DNA of 64,000 bases, taken from IMG/VR virus record IMGVR_UViG_3300032174_000004, positions 4,636 through 68,635 of that record. The stretch is one strand, 5' to 3'. A program made the position numbers and the translations under genes. Below, one piece after another: positions 1 to 8,600 of this stretch; within the stretch, counting starts at the first letter, position 1, and every line of letters starts with the position of its first letter. Below the pieces are notes generated by a model. The model saw only the letters and a program-made list of their open reading frames with translations. It made no database searches and had not been told where the DNA came from. Source of the stretch: a virus.

Positions 1-5
1 GCAGT

Positions 6-314
6 TTAGCTCGCGCTGACCTTCGGCGTGTAACTACCTGCTTCGCCCGTGAGCGGCGCGAAGTAGCCAACTGGGACGGCTTGTCCCGTGCGGGCGAGGG
101 CCGCCTGCAGCGTCTTGATGTAGTGCTCGTACTGGCCAGCGAGATTTTCAAAGTATCTCAACCGCTGCATGACGCCTTCGGCCGTGGGAGCCGTGGCCAC
201 GAGAGCAGGCTTGCCAGCCGGGGGCGGAATAGGACGGCTAAGCGCAGCGGTATTCGGGGTAGCAGGCGGTTGCGGCGGCCTGCCGCTTACCAGAGGGGGG
301 ATCTTGGGATTCAT
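6..314 (-). CDS. Hypothetical Pro-rich/coiled-coil protein
   Basis: ATGA overlap with the upstream gene in a tightly packed operon. Confidence 0.6.
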   Translation of the reverse strand: MNPKIPPLVSGRPPQPPATPNTAALSRPIPPPAGKPALVATAPTAEGVMQRLRYFENLAGQYEHYIKTLQAALARTGQAVPVGYFAPLTGEAGSYTPKVSAS

Positions 315-493
315 CGCAGGGATCCTTTTGGCATGGCGTTACGAATCTGTTGCGTTCGGTCTTTCACCTTCTGCGCAAGGGGCTGGGGCGCATCTGCGGG
401 AACTGCGGAACGAAGCAGGGCCGTGTCATTCATGGGAGATAACCCAGTGATCGGAACCAGACTTCGACGAAGTTCCTTTGCAGAGCGCCCCAT
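311..493 (-). CDS. Small basic hypothetical protein
   Basis: Operon packing between neighbours. Confidence 0.55.
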   Translation of the reverse strand: MGRSAKELRRSLVPITGLSPMNDTALLRSAVPADAPQPLAQKVKDRTQQIRNAMPKGSLR

Positions 494-495
494 AT

Positions 496-687
496 CTATT
501 TGACGCTGATCGAGCCACCAGTGGATTGCGGGTATGCAGTCGGTTCCACCAGCAATCTAATGAGCTGCTGCAGCAGCTGGACCATCACGTCCTCCAGGAG
601 AAGTTGTCGCTCCTGGAGCTTCAGCGACTGCCGTAGCAATCCTTCTGCCTCAATCAGCCGTCGCTCGATGCGCTCGAGCTCTGACAT
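496..687 (-). CDS. Small coiled-coil protein with a C-terminal beta-strand motif
   Basis: Leu/Gln heptads, ending PTAYPQSTGGSISVK. Confidence 0.7.
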   Translation of the reverse strand: MSELERIERRLIEAEGLLRQSLKLQERQLLLEDVMVQLLQQLIRLLVEPTAYPQSTGGSISVK

Positions 688-689
688 GC

Positions 690-1007
690 TCAGGTCACCG
701 AGATGGTCGCACTCGCGCTCTGCTGGAAGGTCGCAGGCTGCCCGCCAGTGCCCGTTTCCGTGACAACAATCGGGTTCCCGATCGGGTTACCGTTCGTGTC
801 GAGATCCTGGATGGTGGCCGAGGCTTCCGCAGTACCCACGGCACCCGTGAACACGGCGGTCCACGGCGGCGTTTCCGTGCCATTGACCGACACGGCAGGC
901 AGTTTCGCCCCGCTGTTATCGACCACGGCAATGGAGGTGGCCGCGAACGTGACGCCAGCCGGCAAGGGGGCGGTGGTCTTGGCGACCGTAACCGTAATTG
1001 TCGTCAT
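690..1007 (-). CDS. Small beta-rich (Ig-like) protein
   Basis: Thr/Val/Ala-rich strands, GGAGA SD, ending PATFQQSASATISVT. Confidence 0.75.
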   Translation of the reverse strand: MTTITVTVAKTTAPLPAGVTFAATSIAVVDNSGAKLPAVSVNGTETPPWTAVFTGAVGTAEASATIQDLDTNGNPIGNPIVVTETGTGGQPATFQQSASATISVT

Positions 1008-1030
1008 CTATATCTCTCCAAAAAAGGGGG

Positions 1031-1636
1031 TTAATTGATGCTACACGCGGCCAGCGCCGCAAGCCGGTGAATATTACCGCTCCATGTGACAGCGCTTGCA
1101 GGAATCACATAAAAATCATTCACCCGTTGAGTCGGGTCACAGGCAGTCCCAAGGGGCACCGTACCCACCGCGAGAAAACTGAATCCGTTCGGCACCTGTA
1201 ACTCCATGTACACAGTGGTCGCGACAGTCACCATGTTGACCGTAGGGTTTGTGGGCGGCTGGGGCGTAAAGAGCGGCAGGGGAACGTACTTGCATACGGG
1301 TGCGGTGTGGACACTCTCGGCGCTTTGCCCATTCCGAGTGCCCAAAGCGCCCCATGCGTAGCACTTGGTTGTCCCAGGGTCCACATTAGTCCGAACGCTC
1401 AGACACGTCGTCAACGGAGTGGGCGTTAGCAAGACTAAGGGCGATCCCTGATCTGCGCCATACAGATTGAAGGTGACCGTCTCATCAGACGGAATTGGCA
1501 CAACCTGTCCAGTAGTCGGGTCCGTGCCCATCGTGGGCGCATCACATTTGACTGTGAGATCAGTCGCGTGAGCCAAAGGACACAGCGCAAGAAGTAGAAA
1601 GAACGCGCCGAGCCTGCGCAGGGTCCGTAATCTCAT
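1031..1636 (-). CDS. Secreted Fn3/Ig-like Cys-containing protein
   Basis: Sec signal (basic N-terminus, hydrophobic core, AHA cleavage site); beta-rich with multiple Cys. Confidence 0.7.
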   Translation of the reverse strand: MRLRTLRRLGAFFLLLALCPLAHATDLTVKCDAPTMGTDPTTGQVVPIPSDETVTFNLYGADQGSPLVLLTPTPLTTCLSVRTNVDPGTTKCYAWGALGTRNGQSAESVHTAPVCKYVPLPLFTPQPPTNPTVNMVTVATTVYMELQVPNGFSFLAVGTVPLGTACDPTQRVNDFYVIPASAVTWSGNIHRLAALAACSIN

Positions 1637-1806
1637 GGAACTACCGTCGTGTCGGGAGAAGGGGAGGAAGAGGCGGATCCAAAGAAAGCCGCGACCCCAT
1701 CAAAAACGTAAGGGTTGCCGAACCCAATTGCGAGTGAGGCATAGGCGACCACTAGGATGAGGAGCCATGCCCCCAAGGGAACCAAGTAGCCCCGCCTAAA
1801 CCGCAT
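1633..1806 (-). CDS. 57-aa membrane protein (absent from ORF track)
   Basis: MRFRRGYLVPLGAWLLILVVAYASLAIGFG...; TAATG and ATGA overlaps with both neighbours. Confidence 0.65.
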   Translation of the reverse strand: MRFRRGYLVPLGAWLLILVVAYASLAIGFGNPYVFDGVAAFFGSASSSPSPDTTVVP

Positions 1807-2126
1807 TACTGGCTCTGCTCGTTGATCGCTCGCTCAATGTTGCTGGGGTTCGCTTGGATGCGCTGCGCGGCAGTTCCGATGCTGAGGTCGCGAGTCGGGC
1901 TATCGTTTGGCGGCGGGGCTGCGGACTTCGGCGGGGCTGGAGTAGCAGCTGAGCCTACTGGCTTTCGGTAGAGCCCTTGCTGCGCTAAGGCAGCGCGTTG
2001 CACGTTTTCGGGAGCGGGCCCGACCTTGGGGCGGTCTGTGGCGTTTACCGGCTCTTGTGCGCCCAAGGGAGCCCCATAAGAACGGGGGGCCCCTTGCATC
2101 TCATCGCGACCTGATCGACCTGGCAT
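1806..2126 (-). CDS. Pro/Ala-rich disordered protein
   Basis: AGGAGA SD, operon packing. Confidence 0.65.
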   Translation of the reverse strand: MPGRSGRDEMQGAPRSYGAPLGAQEPVNATDRPKVGPAPENVQRAALAQQGLYRKPVGSAATPAPPKSAAPPPNDSPTRDLSIGTAAQRIQANPSNIERAINEQSQ

Positions 2127-2135
2127 CGATATCTC

Positions 2136-2510
2136 CTAAAAGCCCGCTGAGAGGGCGCTCGCGATCTCCGGAGACGCATTGCTTATCGTGCCCTGAGGCA
2201 TGCCCTGTGTCGGTGTGGCGCGCATCGGTGGTTGCATAGGCGCACTCCCAGCTGCGGGAGAAGCAAATCCTACGCCAGACCCGAAACCCCCGCCTGCCGC
2301 TGGACGGCCACCAGGCATCGGCTGGGCAAGAGGGGTTGGAGCAGCTCCGCCGGGCCGGGCCGCGGAAATGCGCGAAGCCACGCTTCCCACTGGAATTTGT
2401 GTCTTCCCAAGCGGAAGAGCGCGGGTTGAAATTCGCTGAGCGGGGGTAGCAGAAGGCCCAAACGTCTGACCACTCAACCGCGAGCGCGCTGTCGGCGTGA
2501 TGGGGGGCAT
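2136..2510 (-). CDS. Pro/Gly-rich disordered protein with N-terminal TPTARSRLS motif
   Basis: GGAGG SD; N-terminus resembles that of 17364..17564. Confidence 0.7.
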   Translation of the reverse strand: MPPITPTARSRLSGQTFGPSATPAQRISTRALPLGKTQIPVGSVASRISAARPGGAAPTPLAQPMPGGRPAAGGGFGSGVGFASPAAGSAPMQPPMRATPTQGMPQGTISNASPEIASALSAGF

Positions 2511-2541
2511 AGGACCTCCGAGTGAAGCCCGTACTGTAGCG

Positions 2542-2754
2542 CTAGGGCTTCTTCGATGCTACCTGAAGTCCCTCAAGGGTCGCGACGATCGCCGCCATCG
2601 CAGCAATCTCATCTTCTGCCTTGAATTTATTGAGACGTCCAGCCCTGACCCACGTCGGATATGCATCGCGTCGAATCTTTAGCTCGCGTTTCGCGCACGC
2701 CACTTGACGATCTAGCGGTACCGATTCCGCCGGCTGTTGCTGCACGTTCGGCAC
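2542..2754 (-). CDS. Conserved-looking small phage protein
   Basis: QVACAKRELKIRRDAYPTWV...EIAAMAAIVATL; GTG start inferred. Confidence 0.7.
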   Translation of the reverse strand: MPNVQQQPAESVPLDRQVACAKRELKIRRDAYPTWVRAGRLNKFKAEDEIAAMAAIVATLEGLQVASKKP

Positions 2755-3158
2755 TGTCGCCACCCTTCTTTTGTAGTATAGAGGTTGGAACCGGCATAGG
2801 GATGTCCGCTCGGACAATGCGTCTTAGCCAGTTGTCGAGCGCGAAGCAGCCCAGGAGCAAGCCCCCGCTGCACATTTACACTATGAGTGACTGGTTCCAT
2901 ATGCCAAGGATTTACGCATGCACGGAACCGACATAGATGATCGGGCTCAAGGCCCTTAGGTATCGTCCCTCGATATAGTTCATATCCGACCCGATGGGCA
3001 TTATGCGGCCGACGAGTCCCGTCCGTTTTACTGCCCATACCAATCTCGCCATAGCCATTTGAATTGAAGGCTGCAATCCATACCCAACACGGATCGTCCT
3101 CCCATACGACTACGGCAGGCAACCATTTCTCATCAAAGCGTTCCTGCAGGCTCCGCAT
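2712..3158 (-). CDS. HNH endonuclease with C-terminal Zn-binding motif
   Basis: CWVW...GYG...AHRVGY...DHLCRFRACVNPWH...N and KTHCPSGHPY...RQCRTC; start refined to MRSLQERF. Confidence 0.9.
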   Translation of the reverse strand: MRSLQERFDEKWLPAVVVWEDDPCWVWIAAFNSNGYGEIGMGSKTDGTRRPHNAHRVGYELYRGTIPKGLEPDHLCRFRACVNPWHMEPVTHSVNVQRGLAPGLLRARQLAKTHCPSGHPYAGSNLYTTKEGWRQCRTCSNSRRNRYR

Positions 3159-3159
3159 A

Positions 3160-3588
3160 TCAGCTCGGCTGCCGACGAATGATCGGCTCTCGCTCAAAGG
3201 AAGGTTGTTTCGCTGCCGCGCGCTTCTGCAATTTGCGTTGCGCCTTCTCGACCTGGCGCCGCACATTGCGGGGCAGCTGAACGGCGGGGGACTGCCGCGG
3301 ATTCTCTGGTACGGCGCCAGCTCCCGTAGTCGCTCGAGCCCCGCTGGCCTGAGCCAGCGCTCGGTCATACTCCCTTGAGACCCGTCGATCGATGAGCCGG
3401 CAGAGATGGTTCATCATGATTGCGTTCATTGGCGTCGACTGTACCGCCGCTCCACCATCAGTCTTCACAAAGCCGATGACCAGCGCCTGAAGCTCTCCCT
3501 TCTTCGCCAACTCCTGGAAGCGATCGAGGAGAATCGAGACCGCCGCTTGGCCGACCGCTGGGACGGGGTCTTTTTCTTTGTCATTCAT
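3160..3588 (-). CDS. Hypothetical protein
   Basis: Operon packing, ATGA overlap. Confidence 0.65.
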   Translation of the reverse strand: MNDKEKDPVPAVGQAAVSILLDRFQELAKKGELQALVIGFVKTDGGAAVQSTPMNAIMMNHLCRLIDRRVSREYDRALAQASGARATTGAGAVPENPRQSPAVQLPRNVRRQVEKAQRKLQKRAAAKQPSFEREPIIRRQPS

Positions 3589-3743
3589 GGTTTACGTCGT
3601 GCTTTCGGATGACTGGGTGGAACCGCGCCGCCGCGAGAGTTGGTGATCTTAGCGGCGCTCGTCTTGGCGGCCGCAAGTGGCTTGCCTTGGGCTACGAACT
3701 TCGCCTTGATGGCCTCGTATTGAGGGTAATCAGCCTTGGGCAC
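3585..3743 (-). CDS. Small basic protein
   Basis: GTG start with GGAGA SD; QYEAIKAKFVAQGK...AKTSAAKI. Confidence 0.6.
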   Translation of the reverse strand: MPKADYPQYEAIKAKFVAQGKPLAAAKTSAAKITNSRGGAVPPSHPKARRKP

Positions 3744-3999
3744 GTGCTTTCTCCCGTTTCTTGCGTAACTCAGGATGGGCGGCAAGCTCAGCGCGCAAGG
3801 CCCCATCGAAGTGCTCCTTGCCATAGAGACGGCGCCCTACGTCGATCCAGCGTTCTCGCGGCTTGCCTTTGAGCTCAGGAGCGATCGTTTCCATGCCCCG
3901 TTCTAGCACGAAGCGAGCGAAGCCGGCCATAAAGAGCTTCCTGCGCTCATCAATATACGTGTCGAGCTGTTGTTTGACTTTCTCGCGCTCACAACTCAT
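3730..3999 (-). CDS. Hypothetical protein
   Basis: ATGA overlap with terS. Confidence 0.6.
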   Translation of the reverse strand: MSCEREKVKQQLDTYIDERRKLFMAGFARFVLERGMETIAPELKGKPRERWIDVGRRLYGKEHFDGALRAELAAHPELRKKREKARAQG

Positions 4000-4616
4000 T
4001 TTTTCGCATCCGCCTCCCCAAGTAGCCCTTCAAACTGCCCCTCCAACGCCTCCAAATCTTTCATGGAGACCTTCGATAAATCGAAAGCGACATGTAAGTG
4101 ACGATGGCGATGCTCCATGATGATTCTTTCATTGAAGAGCCCCAGTTTCTTCCCCAGCTTCTCCAAACTCCCATCTCGATCGCGGAACCGGTAGCGCGGA
4201 GCATCCGGCTCCCCGAAAACCTCGATCGCTATCATCTGCTCACGGGTGAGTTCGTCTAAACGCTTGCGACGCACTGTGACCTTTCCGTCTTTCCCTGTCT
4301 CAAAAGCCAAGTAGTCGTAATCATTCGCACTGGCGATCTGCGCAAGCTGCTGGACGACCCACTCCTCATCGACTGCAATAAGCTTCGCGGTCTCCTGCGC
4401 CATGTGTGCCTGGAGCCATTCGATGTAGTCCTTGTGATCCCGGACATACCCGTAGGAATACACCTTAGCCCATTTCTCACCGTAGCCAGCCTTCCGCGCT
4501 GCGGCCCGAATATCTAAGCCTTTGGCGACTCCCTGAAAGAATTGAAATAGCTTTTCTCCATCCGCGCCAGTTCTCGCTTTCGGCAATTTCCCAGGAAACC
4601 CGAACCGTAGATCCAT
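3996..4616 (-). CDS. terS: Terminase small subunit
   Basis: AAARKAGY HTH, VDEEWVVQQLAQIA, DRDGSLEKLGKKLGLF; start placed downstream of the promoter at 4642-4670. Confidence 0.85.
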   Translation of the reverse strand: MDLRFGFPGKLPKARTGADGEKLFQFFQGVAKGLDIRAAARKAGYGEKWAKVYSYGYVRDHKDYIEWLQAHMAQETAKLIAVDEEWVVQQLAQIASANDYDYLAFETGKDGKVTVRRKRLDELTREQMIAIEVFGEPDAPRYRFRDRDGSLEKLGKKLGLFNERIIMEHRHRHLHVAFDLSKVSMKDLEALEGQFEGLLGEADAKK

Positions 4617-4641
4617 CTCCGCGACTGGCCGCTTCGTGGCA

Positions 4642-4670
4642 TTATTACTCGTTGTTGCATCTTGTTTCAT
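4642..4670 (-). promoter_or_regulatory. Phage promoter motif copy upstream of terS
   Basis: ATGAAA-CAAGATGCAACAACGAG(17)-TAATAA. Confidence 0.6.
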
Positions 4671-4683
4671 CCGCGGAGGTCTC

Positions 4684-5022
4684 ATGGCTCGCCTAATCCT
4701 GAAGTATGCGCTCACCTGCGAAGCGCAGCCGCAAGTCGTCGATATGCCGCGGCGCGCCCGCGTACTTTATGTCTGCATGGACGAACGCGGCCCATGTCTC
4801 TTTGCGGAGGTCCTGCAGGATGCGGATACGAAGGCCTTCGACGTGAAGCATCAGCGGCATTTTGTCGTCGTGATGGCAGGGGGCGTGATTCCAGAAGGCG
4901 CCGGCTATATCGGGAGTTGTGTCGCACGACTGGAATTAGCAGATAAAGCGCGTGGCTATATACGCAGAATAGCGGATTATCACGTCTTCGAGGTACGCCC
5001 AGGGAAAGCTACTCAGCTTTGA
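4684..5022 (+). CDS. Small conserved phage protein (DUF7352-like)
   Basis: ILKYAL...VVDMPRRARVL...PCLFAEV...YIGS...HVFE; GGAGG SD. Confidence 0.75.
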   Translation: MARLILKYALTCEAQPQVVDMPRRARVLYVCMDERGPCLFAEVLQDADTKAFDVKHQRHFVVVMAGGVIPEGAGYIGSCVARLELADKARGYIRRIADYHVFEVRPGKATQL

Positions 5023-5040
5023 TCGGAGCATCCTTGCTCC

Positions 5041-5100
5041 CCATGCCTTGCCTAGCCGCGCCTTACCCCAGCTCGCCTGGCCGTGCCACGCCTAGCCCTG
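5041..5100. repeat. Degenerate pentamer array (CCnnG)x12
   Basis: CCATG CCTTG CCTAG CCGCG CCTTA CCCCA GCTCG CCTGG CCGTG CCACG CCTAG CCCTG. Confidence 0.8.
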
Positions 5101-5108
5101 AAAGTTGA

Positions 5109-5570
5109 TTATATCGGAGTCTTGACCCACCGTAGAGCCGCCCCTCGATCTGGGACGAATTCCTCAATCCAGACGAACATCGCTCCGTTTTTCATCGTCG
5201 GCCCGCGGCGTACTTCGATATGTTCAATCTGGGAATCGTCTAAAAACAGATTACCGTTCTTCAATGCATCGATCGCAACTTTCAATCTGTTATCCAAGTC
5301 TTGCTTGCGCTCATCCCGGAAACAAATCACGAAGCGCGCAAAAAGAGGATGAGGCGAGCGGAACCACGCTTGACGCTCCAGCAGCAGCTCGCGAATTGTT
5401 TGCTGATATTTCTTCCCTATCGAGCCCACGTAGGTAAGCGCCATGTGTCGATTCTGTGCCGCCACCCAAACTACGCGCTGTCCCCAATAATGGTTCACTG
5501 TGGGAGCAAGCGGGAGCGCGATTCCTGCAAGTAACGTTCGACACGTGCCCGCACCAGTGGGGTGCTCCAT
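5109..5570 (-). CDS. rusA: RusA-family Holliday junction resolvase
   Basis: LPLAPTVNHYW...QDLDNRLKVAIDAL...DDSQI; start uncertain. Confidence 0.9.
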   Translation of the reverse strand: MEHPTGAGTCRTLLAGIALPLAPTVNHYWGQRVVWVAAQNRHMALTYVGSIGKKYQQTIRELLLERQAWFRSPHPLFARFVICFRDERKQDLDNRLKVAIDALKNGNLFLDDSQIEHIEVRRGPTMKNGAMFVWIEEFVPDRGAALRWVKTPI

Positions 5571-5995
5571 TGCCACGCGAGGAACCACAGGCTGTACTTC
5601 AGTAGGCGCGAAGTCGAGCTCAAATGCTCCACTTGCGCCCCGTGCCTCGCCTCCCAGCTCTTCACCCCGCCGTTGATTCGGCAGTCGATCCCTTCGCTTC
5701 CGACGTGGTACTCGAGGTGTAGGGGGATCTGTAGCGCTGGGTTCTGCTTCTGGCCAATCCCCGGAGTGCCGAACGGACTGGTCGCCATCGATCCTCCCCT
5801 TGTGTGGTGAAGCGTCACGGGAGTTCGTCCGCTCACGCAACACGCCAGCTTCCGCAGCTTCTTTTCGTGACCGGAAACGGAGCATGGCAGTTCAACCTCA
5901 TCGGATTCGGTAGCGCAGAGAGGATTCTCGCAGAAAGTACCGGCTGCAAAGGGGCAGTTAGTCGGGCTAATACAGCGAGCAGCAAGTTCAATCAT
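5495..5995 (-). CDS. Ref/DUF968-like His-Cys nuclease
   Basis: LACCVSG...LHHTRGG...IPLHLEYH...WEARHG. Confidence 0.7.
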   Translation of the reverse strand: MIELAARCISPTNCPFAAGTFCENPLCATESDEVELPCSVSGHEKKLRKLACCVSGRTPVTLHHTRGGSMATSPFGTPGIGQKQNPALQIPLHLEYHVGSEGIDCRINGGVKSWEARHGAQVEHLSSTSRLLKYSLWFLAWQWSTPLVRARVERYLQESRSRLLPQ

Positions 5996-6010
5996 GAGGC
6001 GCGGAGACTT

Positions 6011-6532
6011 TCAGCGGTCGTACGTTGGATGTTTTGGGAAGCCCTTGCATCCAAGGTGCCGCGCCGCCTGCTGAGAATCGGCGCAGTATTGGACACAGGG
6101 ACACGCGGAGGCTTTCACAGCAGGTACACCATCGAATCCACAATGACGGCATATCTGTACCGTCTCCAGCGGCGAGCCACACTGACAACGTGTCGGCTCC
6201 ACAGCAGGTCGAATCTGTTTGCGAAGCTCGATGACCTCCTGCGCCAGTTTGTTCCAACAGCCCAGACAGATTGCGGCCTTCAGCGGTTCCTCCGAATCGC
6301 AGTTCTCACACAGAAGCGCATTGTCACCGGTCGTCTCGTCCTGTCGCATTTGAGCTTTGCACTCCTGGGCCGCTTCATAGCTTTCCCACGATTGCGCCAC
6401 GGGGCGTAGCCGCTCAATCTCATCAGCGGCAGCTCTGACTTTGAGCGCCGCGATGTGCCAGCCGCCATTGCACTCCATGGTCCGCGCAATCTCATAGAGT
6501 TCCTGTTTTGAGGTCCGGTTATTGTCGGTCAT
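6011..6532 (-). CDS. Accessory protein with CxxC motifs
   Basis: AADEIERLR motif plus several CxxC pairs. Confidence 0.65.
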   Translation of the reverse strand: MTDNNRTSKQELYEIARTMECNGGWHIAALKVRAAADEIERLRPVAQSWESYEAAQECKAQMRQDETTGDNALLCENCDSEEPLKAAICLGCWNKLAQEVIELRKQIRPAVEPTRCQCGSPLETVQICRHCGFDGVPAVKASACPCVQYCADSQQAARHLGCKGFPKHPTYDR

Positions 6533-7443
6533 ACGAGCACCATTTGAGCTTCTGACACGCGGCGCGAAGTCTTAGCATTGGCGTCGTACTCTTGGAAAGA
6601 GGCATACCGCCAGATCCGGCGATTGGCCCAGCGGGCCATTGCAGCGAGGCGTTCCAGCGTCCAGTCGTGCCGCACCCAGGGCGTCTTATCGAGCGCGTTG
6701 AGTTTCATGTTGCGTTGGACGTAGGGCTCGCCGCCCCATTCGATAATCTCTTGGATGCGCTGGAGACAGTCGGCCATCGGCTCGTGACCGATCATGCAAT
6801 ACACCTGCATCTTGCGAGGCTTCACGCCGCCATCGCGCAGGACCTTCATCATCGCTCGCACGGGCTCGCGCTCCTTGAGCTCGTCGTAGCCGAAGCGCCA
6901 GGCGCCGCGCATGATCTTCGACCAGCGCTCGAAGGTTCCGCCGTCGAACGCGATCGGCTCGAATCCCGAATTGGCATCGATCAGCGCCACGCCCTCGGCC
7001 TGGTAGCGCGCGATGATGTGGTCCTGATACTCGACCGGGAGCGCCGAGAGGTTGTCGTCGCAGAGAATCGGCCGCACCGGGAAGTCTGGAATTAGCGTGA
7101 ACGTGGTGCCCCACATCTTTGGGACAGTGCAGAACCAGCAATCAGCGGGGCAGCCTCTGCTGGCGACCGTCGCCCAGGGGTGATGGCGCCGGACTACATC
7201 GGGCAGCATTCCGCCGATCTCGGCGTCTTGCTCGAGCAGCTTGCGCCGCGAAGGCAGGAACAGAGCCGGGCCGCCGGCCTTCACGCGGTAACCATGCGAG
7301 GCGTACATGCGGGCGCGATCGCGCGCTTCGTAAATCTTCCAGGTGAATGCCACTGACAGGTAAGCAACATCTCCTTCGACCCACTCCGCAAGGCCGTCGA
7401 CCCACGCGGCGCGCTGTTCCGATGTCAGAACTTCATTCTTCAT
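6529..7443 (-). CDS. Radical SAM enzyme with a degenerate B12-binding-like N-terminus
   Basis: ASRGCPADCWFC (CxxxCxxC), SVAFTW...GGPA, DDNL; start at MKNEVL with GAGGAGG SD. Confidence 0.85.
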   Translation of the reverse strand: MKNEVLTSEQRAAWVDGLAEWVEGDVAYLSVAFTWKIYEARDRARMYASHGYRVKAGGPALFLPSRRKLLEQDAEIGGMLPDVVRRHHPWATVASRGCPADCWFCTVPKMWGTTFTLIPDFPVRPILCDDNLSALPVEYQDHIIARYQAEGVALIDANSGFEPIAFDGGTFERWSKIMRGAWRFGYDELKEREPVRAMMKVLRDGGVKPRKMQVYCMIGHEPMADCLQRIQEIIEWGGEPYVQRNMKLNALDKTPWVRHDWTLERLAAMARWANRRIWRYASFQEYDANAKTSRRVSEAQMVLV

Positions 7444-7537
7444 CGTCGCAATCCTCCTCGACGTAATCGCACCACGCGATGAGATTCCCGCAATAGGGGC
7501 AATACTTCTGAGGCGCTCATTTGAGGTGAGCGTTGCA

Positions 7538-7741
7538 TCAGTCACGGGAATACTCCGGGAAAGAGATCAGCGAAGGATTGCCGCCAACAACATCCGCCCA
7601 GTCAGGTGGGATGCCGTTTTGCGCATCGTCGCTCTCCAGCCATTGTGACCAATCCGCCATACGGGCCTTCGGGATCACGTAGAAGTGCCCATCATTGTCG
7701 CTCTCAAAGACATACGGTCCGATTCTCAGTTCCTTGATCAT
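7538..7741 (-). CDS. Small hypothetical protein
   Basis: SDNDGHFYVIP motif; AGGAG SD. Confidence 0.7.
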   Translation of the reverse strand: MIKELRIGPYVFESDNDGHFYVIPKARMADWSQWLESDDAQNGIPPDWADVVGGNPSLISFPEYSRD

Positions 7742-8053
7742 GTTTTCATACTCCTGCGAATCTCGTGGAGCACGGCCTTACATCCCGGGCAGTTCGTATC
7801 GCGCCGTGGATCCACCGCTAGTCCGCAGCAGTCAGTAAATCGAGTGCTATTGCGAAGTCCCGATGTGTGTAGGCCGGTGCGCTTTTCCTTGGTCATGACT
7901 TCCTCGTGCACGGGCAAGTGTGAATGTTGCCACCACACTGTGGGCACAGCAGCGTATAGACCGTCTCCTTGGAACGGTTAGCTTCGCTCATCGCATTTCC
8001 TCCAGAATCGCCAGCGCTTTCAACCCGATACGGAACCGTATCTGCAGTCCCAG

Positions 8054-8257
8054 TCATGTGCGCACCACGCTTCGGTTCCAGGCTTTTTGAGCTTCGGGTG
8101 CTGTGAGCATGATCGGGCCGCCGGCATGGCATTGGTCACATTCAACTTGATGGCCGTCATCGACAAAGTCAGTGCTGACGGAAATCAGAGTGAGATCAGA
8201 TGAAGCGCAAAATGGACACGAGAGGAGGCCATCATCTGCAGACTTATGCTCAGCCAT
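8054..8257 (-). CDS. Lar-like (restriction alleviation) Zn-finger protein
   Basis: LLSCPFC...VECDQCHAGGP...AQKAWNR. Confidence 0.8.
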   Translation of the reverse strand: MAEHKSADDGLLSCPFCASSDLTLISVSTDFVDDGHQVECDQCHAGGPIMLTAPEAQKAWNRSVVRT

Positions 8258-8600
8258 GATTGCCACCATACGCGTTATCCAATCGGCCCTGAAGTCGCGC
8301 AATCTCCCGGCGCTGGTTCGCTACCCGCCATGCCAGCGCGTTGATCAGATCCTGCGTGTTGACGGGGCGCCCCTTGTCCCAGTCATGCAGCACGGCTTTA
8401 ATTTGCTCTGTCGAAGCAGTTACAGTGAGGCTAGGGCAGGTCAAGGTTTCATGAAGTCTGCCGATCTCATCCGCAGCTTGGAGAATGGTATTCACGATGC
8501 AACTCATGGTTGGCGGCATCGCGGATTGCATTTCGGCCACAAGCTTGCGGAGCCACTTCTCGTGAGGGTTTATCCGATCTTCGGGCCGATGATCAGGCAC
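8250..8600 (-). CDS. Hypothetical coiled-coil protein
   Basis: QAADEIGRLH; GTG start after GAGGGGG. Confidence 0.6.
   Translation of the reverse strand: MPDHRPEDRINPHEKWLRKLVAEMQSAMPPTMSCIVNTILQAADEIGRLHETLTCPSLTVTASTEQIKAVLHDWDKGRPVNTQDLINALAWRVANQRREIARLQGRLDNAYGGNHG

Noticed and set aside
4617-4715. N-terminal extension of terS overlapping the plus-strand gene
   Set aside because: The segment contains a promoter-motif copy, so the start is more likely 4616
5571-5885. Long N-terminal extension of RusA
   Set aside because: Alternate-frame shadow of the Ref-like gene with no protein-like features
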